NCBI GenBank assembly: GCA_024346625.1
Contig: AP024664.1
Location: 1,860,001 to 1,924,000, forward strand
Reading direction: 5' to 3'
Source: Williopsis jadinii
Taxonomy: Eukaryota
Length of the DNA: 64,000 nt
The notes below the pieces were generated by a model. It was not told the DNA's origin, searched no databases, and saw only the letters and a program-made list of their open reading frames with translations. The translations under genes and the position numbers were made by a program. Shown one piece after another: positions 55,469 through 64,000 of the stretch (its first letter is position 1; the number at the start of each line of letters is the position of its first letter).

Positions 55469-56881
55469 TCACTCTTTGTTCAACACCCGTTCTCTCAACG
55501 CCAAGATCAAGTTATCAATATCTTCAAAGTTTTCAGCATCTCTGGCGAATTCTCTATGCTTTTGGCTAATGACATGCTCGTCGAAATCGTCAAAATGATT
55601 CTTACAGTTTTCACAATAACCGGACACCTTCGGTTTTTGAGTACAGCTCTGCTGCTGTTGTTGATGCTGTAGTTGTGAAGATTGTTTCTTCTTCTCCACA
55701 ATCTTCTTCTGTAGAGTGCTCAACTGTTTGGAAGAAACAGTAGACCCACTTGGTGCCAATCCATTTCTGTTGGATTGAGACTCCGCGCTGGCGCTGGCAC
55801 TGGCACTCTGCTGTGATACCGAACCGGCATAACCAGACGCTTGAATCTCAAACCCATCACGTTGTACAGGTTCAACGTACTTGTTCTGGATTAGGGAATG
55901 TTGTCTCATCAATGCACTAGGACGCTGGAATTCCAGCTGTTGCGTTTGACATTGAGACTGAGGTTGTGTTTGTGAATGCTGTTGATTTGAAGGTGGTGGC
56001 ATCTTTGGAGTGGAGTTGGTTTTCATTACGGCACTCTCATCTTGTGTGGTATCGATGCTTAGCGTGGTATCATCTTCTGACTCCGTCAGTTCCACGCCTT
56101 CATGGTTGTACTTACGCTTGTTGGTCTTTGCATAGACCAGCTTTAGCCTTTCTCTGTACTCTGCGTTTTGTTCATCCCTCATCTTCCTCTTCAGAACTTT
56201 ACGAGGCTCCATCATATCAGAAGGATCAGCTTGGAATAAGGAATGGCCATATGAAGATTCGTGGAAGTGCGGCCATGGTTTCTTCTGGTCATGCTTAATA
56301 TCTTTTGACTTCCACTCTCTGACTGCAACGGGTCTCACTATACCACGGATGTCAAAGACATAAAAAAATGGGCCCTTGAAATAGATGAAATCATCACGTT
56401 TGGCATTTGGGTCCCGATCTGCTGACATACCGTGCAATTTCTCATCGTTCAACATGGTCAGTAGTTGATGGTCCTTGGGAGCATCTGGGATAGGCTCACC
56501 CAAGTTCCGAAAGAAACGGAAGGTCTTGTCATAGTCCCAGATCTTCAACCCAGGTTGTGAGACCATATTTCTCGGAAGCTCACTCTTTGGACGCCTGGAG
56601 ATAACCGTGGTCACAGAGTTATCGAAGAACTGCTGGATACGCGACCCAACTCCCTGAAAGAGCTTCATCGCTCTTTCCCTGTCATTGCGCTTAGACTCCT
56701 TGTCGTTGATGTCAAAGTACACAACGCATGTTGTCATTATGGCACGCCACTTCCTCTGCCATTCCGGTAGCGTATAGCCAACAACAGCGTCCCCATGAGC
56801 TGCCCGCACTGCGCTAGTCTTCTGGCGCTTCACACGGGGTGAGTTCGTACTGATGTCCCTTAGCGCTTGTCGTTGGTCCAT
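55469..56881 (-). CDS. DBF4: Cdc7 kinase regulatory subunit Dbf4
   Basis: ATG at 56881. Motif N/BRCT (EWQRKWR...QFFDNSVTTVISRR...KIWDYDK), motif M (DRDPNAKRDD...RPVAVREW), motif C zinc finger GYCENC...H...H. Confidence 0.9.
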   Translation of the reverse strand: MDQRQALRDISTNSPRVKRQKTSAVRAAHGDAVVGYTLPEWQRKWRAIMTTCVVYFDINDKESKRNDRERAMKLFQGVGSRIQQFFDNSVTTVISRRPKSELPRNMVSQPGLKIWDYDKTFRFFRNLGEPIPDAPKDHQLLTMLNDEKLHGMSADRDPNAKRDDFIYFKGPFFYVFDIRGIVRPVAVREWKSKDIKHDQKKPWPHFHESSYGHSLFQADPSDMMEPRKVLKRKMRDEQNAEYRERLKLVYAKTNKRKYNHEGVELTESEDDTTLSIDTTQDESAVMKTNSTPKMPPPSNQQHSQTQPQSQCQTQQLEFQRPSALMRQHSLIQNKYVEPVQRDGFEIQASGYAGSVSQQSASASASAESQSNRNGLAPSGSTVSSKQLSTLQKKIVEKKKQSSQLQHQQQQQSCTQKPKVSGYCENCKNHFDDFDEHVISQKHREFARDAENFEDIDNLILALRERVLNKE

Positions 56882-57348
56882 CGTGGGTGAGATGTGGTAT
56901 GGCACCGTGTGTGTGTGTAAATGACGCTTTGTTTACCTGCTGGTCTGTGTGCAATGATCGTCAAGAGCAGCGGCCTGAGAAGACGAATATGAAAGGAGAA
57001 ACAGATGGCAGATGGAGATGGTGATGAAGACAACACAGTCAGGCAACAATCGATCAACCGCCGTGGTGAATTGGACGAACCGCCAGTGCTTTGTTCGTTT
57101 GTTTTGGTTTCCTTGTTCTTCACGTTTGAAGAAAGCGCAAAATTCGAAAAACAAAACAACGAAAGCACGCCAAAGGACAAAAAAGGAAAAAACGAAATGA
57201 AACGCGGTGGGAAATTTCCGCTGAGCGTTCCGGCAGGGTAACACTTGGACCCGGAGGTTGAATTTTTTCCCTCGTCTGTTTCCTCATCGGTGTTTCACTG
57301 GGTTCATCTCATCCTCTGTAGCGGTTTGAACATCAGTATAAGGAAGCG

Positions 57349-59361
57349 ATGATGTTCAGGTGTGTGCTTAGAAGCTATGCGAAGTCGCTCTGCTCATCAG
57401 GGGCTGTGAGAGCGCGCTGTTCAAAGCTGCCGTTGTGCTCGAGACAGATGTCATGCTCATCGCCGGCGTACGCAAAGAAGAAGCCCTTGAAGGTGAAGAC
57501 ACTGACGATTCCAAGGTTCACCACGGTGGCGTCGCTGGCGAATATCCTTAACGTGCGTTACGAGAAGCTTCTTGTGCGGTTGGAGGAGATGGGGTTCGAA
57601 GACCTGACCTATAACTTCATCCTTGACCAGGAAACAGCGGGGCTCATCGCCGATGAGTATGGATACGAGGCGCACTTTGTCGAGGAGAAGGAGGGAGAGG
57701 ACCTGAAGCCCATGGATATACCCGAGGACACGTCGAGCTGGAAGACCAGGCCTCCTATTGTGACGATCATGGGTCATGTTGACCACGGAAAGACCACGAT
57801 ATTGGACCATTTGAGGAAATCGTCCATAGTTGACCAAGAACACGGTGGTATCACCCAGCATATAGGTGCCTTCTCGGTGAAGACCCCAATCTCCAAGAAG
57901 CAGATCACCTTCCTGGACACTCCAGGACACGCTGCCTTCTTGAAAATGAGACAACGTGGTGCAGATATGACTGATATAGTGATCCTGGTTGTGGCAGCCG
58001 ATGACTCTGTGATGCCACAGACCAAGGAGGCTATAAAGCATATCAAGCAGTCTGCAGTGCCTGTTATAGTCGCAGTGAACAAATGTGATAAAGAGAGTGC
58101 CAATCCTGAGCGAGTCATTGCAGATTTGGCTAACAACGATATCGATGTTGAAGACTATGGTGGTGAAACCCAGACCGTCAGGGTGTCTGGCCTCACAGGG
58201 TTGAACATGGACAAGCTGGAAGAATCCATCATAACACTGTCTGAGGTGCTGGATATCAGGGCACCTGATAAGAACGTGCCAGTGGAAGGCTGGATCATTG
58301 AATCCCAGTCCAAGAAAGGTATGGGTCCATTGGCCACTGTACTGGTTCGTCAGGGTACTTTGAAGAAAGGCGACGTTCTCGTTGCCGGTAAGACATACTG
58401 TAAAGTGAGATCTATGAAGGATGAACACGGCAAGCCTGTTAAACAAGCGCTGCCTTCCACTCCAGTTGAGGTTTGGGGCTGGAAAGAGGTTCCAGAAGCA
58501 GGTGACGAGTGTCTCCAGGCTAAGGACGAATCACAGGCGAAAAGGGTCATTGAGACTAGAATTTTGAGAGAAGAGAGATCTAAACAAGTTGAAGACATTG
58601 ATGTCATTAACAAACTGAGAGTCGATGCGAAGAAGGAGATGGAGCAACGTGACAGATTGGACGAGTTACGTAAATATGGCCTTGAAGAGGAGGACATCAA
58701 CAGTGGTGAAGAAGCTTCAGATGATAAGCCAGTTCAGCAGAACGTCAATTATATTGTCCGTGCAGATGTCAGTGGGTCTGTCGAAGCAATTGTGGAATCC
58801 ATTAAGGACATTGGCAACGACGAGGTGAAGCTCACCATTCTCAAACAAGGAGCTGGCGCACCAACTGACTCAGATTTAGAAAGAGCCCAAATTTCCAATG
58901 CAGAGATCCTCTGTTTCAACATGAAAGTTCCAAAGGATATTGAGAACAAGGCTGCTAAGATGGGCGTTGTTCTGAAGAACCACAATGTGATTTACCACCT
59001 GATTGAGGATGTTACTGCCGAACTTTCTAGCAAGCTGGCACCAACTATCGAGCTAAAGGTCCGAGCTGAGGCCGAAGTCAAGGAGATATTTGAAATCAAA
59101 GGTAAACGTAGAGCCGTTTTCAAGATTGCTGGTTGTAAAGTCACTTCTGGCACTATTGAAAAGAAGTCCAAAGTGAGAGTTATGAGAAACGACCAGGAGG
59201 TTTACAGAGGGAAATTCGAAACTATGAAGCATTTGAAGGACAATGTGCTAGAAGTAAAGAAGGGCAAAGACTGTGGGTTATCGTTTGAAGATTGGTCTGA
59301 TTTCAAACCTGGTGATGTTGTACAGGCCTACGAGGAAAACGAAATACCAAGATACTTGTAA
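57349..59361 (+). CDS. IFM1: Mitochondrial translation initiation factor 2
   Basis: Presequence, RPPIVTIMGHVDHGKTT, GGITQHIGAF, DTPGHAAF, NKCD, ADVSGSVEAI. Confidence 0.95.
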   Translation: MMFRCVLRSYAKSLCSSGAVRARCSKLPLCSRQMSCSSPAYAKKKPLKVKTLTIPRFTTVASLANILNVRYEKLLVRLEEMGFEDLTYNFILDQETAGLIADEYGYEAHFVEEKEGEDLKPMDIPEDTSSWKTRPPIVTIMGHVDHGKTTILDHLRKSSIVDQEHGGITQHIGAFSVKTPISKKQITFLDTPGHAAFLKMRQRGADMTDIVILVVAADDSVMPQTKEAIKHIKQSAVPVIVAVNKCDKESANPERVIADLANNDIDVEDYGGETQTVRVSGLTGLNMDKLEESIITLSEVLDIRAPDKNVPVEGWIIESQSKKGMGPLATVLVRQGTLKKGDVLVAGKTYCKVRSMKDEHGKPVKQALPSTPVEVWGWKEVPEAGDECLQAKDESQAKRVIETRILREERSKQVEDIDVINKLRVDAKKEMEQRDRLDELRKYGLEEEDINSGEEASDDKPVQQNVNYIVRADVSGSVEAIVESIKDIGNDEVKLTILKQGAGAPTDSDLERAQISNAEILCFNMKVPKDIENKAAKMGVVLKNHNVIYHLIEDVTAELSSKLAPTIELKVRAEAEVKEIFEIKGKRRAVFKIAGCKVTSGTIEKKSKVRVMRNDQEVYRGKFETMKHLKDNVLEVKKGKDCGLSFEDWSDFKPGDVVQAYEENEIPRYL

Positions 59362-59418
59362 ATAACACACACAGAGAACATACAGAATCGTGTACATATG
59401 CTATACCAAACGTAGTTT

Positions 59419-60636
59419 TCACTTCTTTGTAATAGGCTCTTCCCATTGAACACCGACCCATTCCTCCACGTATCCAACGTGGCTGCTGTTATCACCATCG
59501 TTTAGACCTGGCATGTAGTCCTCTTTGTCCGTGTAGACGATGATTGTCCCCCATTCGATGCCTCCAGTGATCTCCACTTGATCTCTTTCGAAGTCGATGA
59601 TGGCCTTTGGCATCACTTGGAGCTCAAACTGTCTTGAGCTTGAAGGGTTGTAACCTGGTTTTGGAACCAGGTTTTTGGTGATCTTCACTGAAGTTTCATC
59701 CTTTGAGCTGAACAGCAGCGGAGACCCACCAATGTCATAGCGGAGCACTTGCAATGGATTGTATTCCACAACCTCTGAGAAGTGCTGGAACGATTTGTCC
59801 TGTAATCCTGCCGCAATGGCTTGTTGTTCATTTGAAAGTTCCCTTGATGAGCCACCAACCTCGTTCTCAAAGTCCAGTGCAGAGTCATTGATGTGTACGT
59901 TATCAGGCAGTTTCTTTGAGTGTTGCTTCTTTTGAAACTTCTCCTCATCAACGTAGAGGAAGTAGCCTGGGTATTCTGGTAGCTCCTTCACCTTATTGGC
60001 ACCGTCAGTGGCTTCTTGCTTCTTCAGTGGCTTCGCTGGAGCTGCTTTTGTTGCAACAGAGGCATAGTCCTTGACATCCTCTTCCTTCTTTGCAAATGGG
60101 TTTGAGCCTGGAGCACCAAATGGGTTAGAACCCGCAGAGCTGAACGGATTACCACCAAATGGGTTCGCCTGTGCTTCCGTTACCTTGCCATCTGTGCCAA
60201 ACAGGAAGTTCTTTCCCTCGTCAACTTTCAGTTTGGAGTCCAGCTGCTGGTTAAGATCCTCCTGCTTCAGCTCTTCCATACGTTTTGGGTCCTTGGACAG
60301 TGCCCTCAGCGCCCTTATTGAGCCTGGCTTTCTATTACACTCGGACTTCTTGCACCCAAACACGTAGATGATTCTGTCGTAGTACGAGCCCTCCAGAGGA
60401 GCATATGCCTGTAAGATCAGAGCCATCGGGCTGATACAGTTCTTACACTTCAACAGAGAGTCGTCTGGCCTGGAGCCGTCGAACCAAACCGGCTGTCCCC
60501 CGATGAACGAGTCCTCTACCGTGGGCTCATCGTCAGATCTCTCAATCTCAACATCAACAAACCCAAGGGACACGCGCGATGAGCGTGGGAAGGCGGAATC
60601 CTCCTCGTCAGAGGAATAAGCATTAGCAGAGGCCAT
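59419..60636 (-). CDS. TSR4: uS5 chaperone / 20S pre-rRNA accumulation protein (PDCD2_C)
   Basis: VSLGFVD, SFIGGQPVW, CKNC...LQAYAPL, QVLRYDIGGSPL, FELQVMP, EWGTI. Convergent with IFM1 as in S. cerevisiae. Confidence 0.9.
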   Translation of the reverse strand: MASANAYSSDEEDSAFPRSSRVSLGFVDVEIERSDDEPTVEDSFIGGQPVWFDGSRPDDSLLKCKNCISPMALILQAYAPLEGSYYDRIIYVFGCKKSECNRKPGSIRALRALSKDPKRMEELKQEDLNQQLDSKLKVDEGKNFLFGTDGKVTEAQANPFGGNPFSSAGSNPFGAPGSNPFAKKEEDVKDYASVATKAAPAKPLKKQEATDGANKVKELPEYPGYFLYVDEEKFQKKQHSKKLPDNVHINDSALDFENEVGGSSRELSNEQQAIAAGLQDKSFQHFSEVVEYNPLQVLRYDIGGSPLLFSSKDETSVKITKNLVPKPGYNPSSSRQFELQVMPKAIIDFERDQVEITGGIEWGTIIVYTDKEDYMPGLNDGDNSSHVGYVEEWVGVQWEEPITKK

Positions 60637-60696
60637 CTGTCAGTACCGATACACAAGCTCTGTCTCGAGAATTAGTACTCTGTTGAAGTCTGTGAT

Positions 60697-60713
60697 GAGA
60701 TGAGAAATTTTTC
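60697..60713. promoter_or_regulatory. PAC plus RRPE-like elements upstream of TSR4
   Basis: GAGATGAG 60697-60704 abutting AAATTTTTC 60705-60713. Confidence 0.65.
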
Positions 60714-60910
60714 CAGCCTCCGTGAGCCGAAACAGTATAGACACATACAACGGAGTTTACGCTCAGACAGACATGGACAAGAGCCTGAGATAGCTACACA
60801 GCGATGGGAGGGGGTTAACCACAATGTAATGAGTTAGAAGTGTATTAAAGGCCCAATTGGACTCTATGAATCAATCAGAGAGACAGTGAGGGTGTGTGTA
60901 GTAGGGACAT

Positions 60911-61380
60911 TCAGGCGTTAATGTGAAGCTCTGGAGTAGGCTTTGTAACGGCATCAATCAACAACTTGACAACGTCAGACTTCTTATCGGCCGCAGTCTT
61001 CTGGATCTCAACAAGCTCCACTTTCACTTGCTCCTCGGCCTCCTTCTCTGCTGTCTCGTTCAGACCAGAGTGCTCTGCCTCGAACTGCTTCAACTCCTGT
61101 TCCTTCTTCTGCTTATAAGCAGTAATCTCAGCAGCAGCGTCGGTCTTTGCCGCTTTTAAGCGGGCCGTTCTGTACGCTCTGGCTTCAGAAACGATCTTGT
61201 GTGCCTCCTTCTCGGCATTCAGAAGCGTTTGGATACCCGTTTGTGTTGACTATGTTGGCAAACTTGTTAGTAGCTGATGGAGAGGGCATAATGTGACCTT
61301 CACGACGGCCAACCCACACTGGGATTGAAGTCGACAGCCCGCCATACACACGACACGCGATCCGGGCATTCACTCACCAT
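60911..61380 (-). CDS. VMA10: V-ATPase subunit G. Exon 1 coding part is ATG only (61380-61378), intron 61377-61250, exon 2 61249-60911
   Basis: Spliced MSTQTGIQTLLNAEKEAHKIVSEARAYRTARLKAAKTDA...PTPELHINA. 5'SS GTGAGT, TACTAAC at 61272-61266, 3'SS TAG. Confidence 0.95.
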
Positions 61381-61582
61381 TGTTATTTCCTGTTCTATGA
61401 CCACCTCAACTGTGTAGAGAGAGAGAACTATGGAGGCTGTTTGTGTTGTTTCCTCAAAAGGGGGATGTCCTTCTCTTTGGTTTTTGGTGAATTTGGCTGT
61501 ATACGTCTTGAGAAGTAGGGTAACTAAACGGTGATATGCGCAGACAGTATAACAAACAGTTGGCAAAATCAAACAAGAAAGA

Positions 61583-61654
61583 TCCGGCATGGTGTAGTGG
61601 CTAACATCGGTCGCTCTCACCGACCAGCCCGGGGTTCGATTCCCCGTACCGGAA
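61583..61654 (+). tRNA. tRNA-Glu (anticodon CTC)
   Basis: TCCGGCATGGTGTAGTGGCTAACATCGGTCGCTCTCACCGACCAGCCCGGGGTTCGATTCCCCGTACCGGAA. Anticodon stem GGTCG/CGACC, B box GGTTCGATTCC, poly-T downstream. Confidence 0.93.
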
Positions 61655-61827
61655 TTTATTTTTTTGTAGAATGAGTACTTTAGCTGCTGCCCCTACCAGT
61701 ATGTGTTTGTATGCACTAGCATGCAGTGTGTGTAGTGGTGGAGCATCGTTGGTTAAAACTACTGCAGAAGCATCAACAATACAGTGATAATTATAGTGGT
61801 TTGTGAGGATTCTATACGAAGGGCAGG

Positions 61828-63250
61828 TTAGGTTGGTTGTGGGTTGGCTTGGTGTGTTTTAGTTCCGGGCTCAGCTCCTTCCAGAAGCGTTTCAGCCTTA
61901 TAATTGCTCTCTTTGTCTGACATCCTTGGTCGTGGTCTTCCTCTCTTCTTCCCAACATTGGAAGGAGTTTTATTAGAAGCAGATGTGGCCTTCTGCTTCT
62001 TCTTCTTCTCCTTCTTCTTCGAGTTGTGGTGAGCTGTTAGCACTTCAAATGCCTTCAGTAGAGTCTCTTTGCTGAAGTTGTTCACTACCGAGGTGGAGCT
62101 TTGAGGTGCCGTGTTCCGTATGATACAGATGTTGGCCTTTGAAACACAGCTTTGGTACATGAACATTGGTGGACAGTAACCCGAGTTCTTCCTTCTACGA
62201 GCTTCGTAGAGAATGTCATTGGCAAGCCGGCACACTGATGGGATAAGGGCTTGACCATTGAGAGTGCGTCTCATATTCACACAAGTAATATGAGGACACT
62301 CGAGGGATGTACACGCTTGATTGTGACGGTGGGAACAGCTGTATGTAGACTTTACTTCCATTTTCCCTTCCTTGGAGGTGGTGTATCGCATCTCAGCAAC
62401 AATGGCTATTCTGAATCATAATTGATAATAAAGATAAGCACAAAGCTAACAAACAGATCACGTCTTTTCATCTTCTTCGCATAAACTCTCAACACCTTTA
62501 GAAGCTCATCAAGAGACAAACCACAGCCCTGTGATACACTATGCTTGTGAATCTTCATACCTGTTCGAGGTGAATTCGAATCAACAATTACACTGGCCTC
62601 TTCGCTGTTTAAACAAGAATGAGTGGTGATGGTTGTTGAATATAACAATGGGCCATAGCTTGTGAGCGTCTCGACACCTTCCGGTTCTTCCTCTTCGTCA
62701 ACATTTCCAGCCGTCTGTTTTACTCTTTTCCAATAAAGGCTCATAGACTCTGTGACTTTTACCTTGTCACACTGCATCAACAGCACTTCGATAATGATAC
62801 TGATTGGGTTCAAACGCCTAAATGCTTACATTGCTGCATTCAAAACCTCACAATGCTTGGATGACATGATATCAAACTTTGGAGTTACCGAATTGCAAAG
62901 TTGAAGACCTCTTGCACAGTCTTGCGTGTTGATGATGAGATTATAAGTGCTGTTGACTTTATTCTTCTCATGGATCTGACAGAAGAACCCCTTCATTTTT
63001 GAATTAGTGTGACTTTTTTAGGATCAGGTTCAAATATCAACTGGAGGAAGCTATGTTGCATATTCGTTCTATTTTCTACTGTTGCCCACTTGAAGAGATT
63101 TCTCTCAACGTATTTGGAGCATGCAGAGCCCTCAATTGGAACACCACACCGTGTTCTCAACATATCCAAGGATTTCTTAAGACCTGTATACTGATATGAT
63201 CTGATTTGCAACGGCGGGATGGTCGCATCAGTGGTACTATCATCATGCAA
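61828..63250 (-). pseudogene. Decayed Mutator-like (MULE) transposase-related sequence with frameshifts and a stop; boundaries uncertain
   Basis: Fragments in three minus frames. Manual translation gives KGFFCQI..KVNSTYNL..QDCARGLQLC..PKFDIMSS..LNAAM*AF (MULE DDE-like), LDELLKVL, a SWIM-like CSH..CPH motif and a KKRGRPR AT-hook, in the order expected for a MULE transposase. Confidence 0.5.
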
Positions 63251-63724
63251 TTGCAGACATACTCGTAGCTAGTTATGTGAGCTGCAATCTAAAACACTGT
63301 GGTATATATCACCTCAAAGCTGTACGCTTCCATTGAATGTGAACATCAGCAACTTGACGATTGGTTCCTCCACCTACCATTGGAAGGGGCTCATAAATCA
63401 TATCATCAGAAGCTGGAAAGAGAGCCTCTGAGCCCAAATGGAGTCCTACAGGAACCGTGAAAAGAGGCATAGTTTTCCCAGAAGGATGCAAAGGGCCTCA
63501 AAACTTCCCTTGAAGAAACAATAACTCCAAACAGTGTTTTTGTGCCAAAGCATTTTGGGGGATTTGTGTGTATAAATAACTGAAAGACGTGAAGATAGTC
63601 TGTCTTTCATTAGTAGACTCAATTCGTGTGAACCAGAGCTAGCTTGGTAGGTGATTGAGTGAAAAAGACACAGTTTTCATTACAGCTATAGTATATCTGA
63701 GAGGTTAGGTGTCACTTCCTAGTA

Positions 63725-64000
63725 ATGCTGAGTAAAGTTGCAGAGAGGGGTGCTCAAAGTGCCATCAAGTCTTTGAATTCGGGTGTGTTTGGTACTCTAC
63801 AGGGGACAGGCTTTGAAGCGGATGTCACCAAGATCAATATGGGAGAAGCAGCTGGGGTTGTTGGAGTGAATAACCATGAACATGTGGATGGTGAAGATAA
63901 CAACAACGATAAAGTTGAGAGCGAAACTGATGACAAATTGCAGCCAATGGAACATGATGACGTGGTGTACACACCTTTACAAAGTCCAGGCCCGTTCCTG
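63725..64000 (+). CDS. 5' part of an unidentified ORF running off the window (MLSKVAERGAQSAIKS...)
   Basis: ATG at 63725 is open for 92 codons to the window end. Acidic N/D-rich segment, no recognisable domain. Confidence 0.5.
   Translation, partial: MLSKVAERGAQSAIKSLNSGVFGTLQGTGFEADVTKINMGEAAGVVGVNNHEHVDGEDNNNDKVESETDDKLQPMEHDDVVYTPLQSPGPFL

Noticed and set aside
57457..58446. 329-aa antisense ORF under IFM1 (similarly 13174-14040 under PKC1)
   Set aside because: Fully nested opposite a conserved gene, non-ATG or unremarkable start, no protein-like features.

Overview
Gene-dense nuclear chromosome segment of a budding yeast (Saccharomycotina). Short spliceosomal introns, yeast-type tRNAs and gene orthologies suggest a pre-WGD species; Cyberlindnera/Phaffomycetaceae is an unverified inference. 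It holds about 24 protein-coding genes: PXA1, PAN1, INO4, a TMEM115/YOL107W-like gene, PKC1, THO1, an RRM protein, VHR1-like, ICL1, an MCH-family MFS permease, RPL33 (intron), an F-box-like orphan, PHO85 (intron), BRL1, KIC1, SEC2, BNI1, a divergent LYP1/CAN1 pair, BCD1, RRF1, MSC7, DBF4, IFM1, TSR4 and VMA10 (intron). It also has tRNA-Asn(GTT), tRNA-Glu(CTC), a heavily decayed Mutator (MULE)-like transposase remnant at the right end and one ORF running off the window. Most of it is ordinary housekeeping DNA and I cannot support a wholly new biological system. The best leads are: (i) the MULE relic next to tRNA-Glu; (ii) an in-frame amber stop separating a Can1-like N-terminus from the CAN1 body, plus an overlapping uORF; (iii) an RPL33 promoter with both Tbf1- and Rap1-type sites; (iv) a recurrent 13-mer GGTGTCCGGGTGT and an AT-rich island bracketed by Rap1-type sites; (v) probable old gene conversion between LYP1 and CAN1. 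Gene names come from recalled protein motifs, not database searches.
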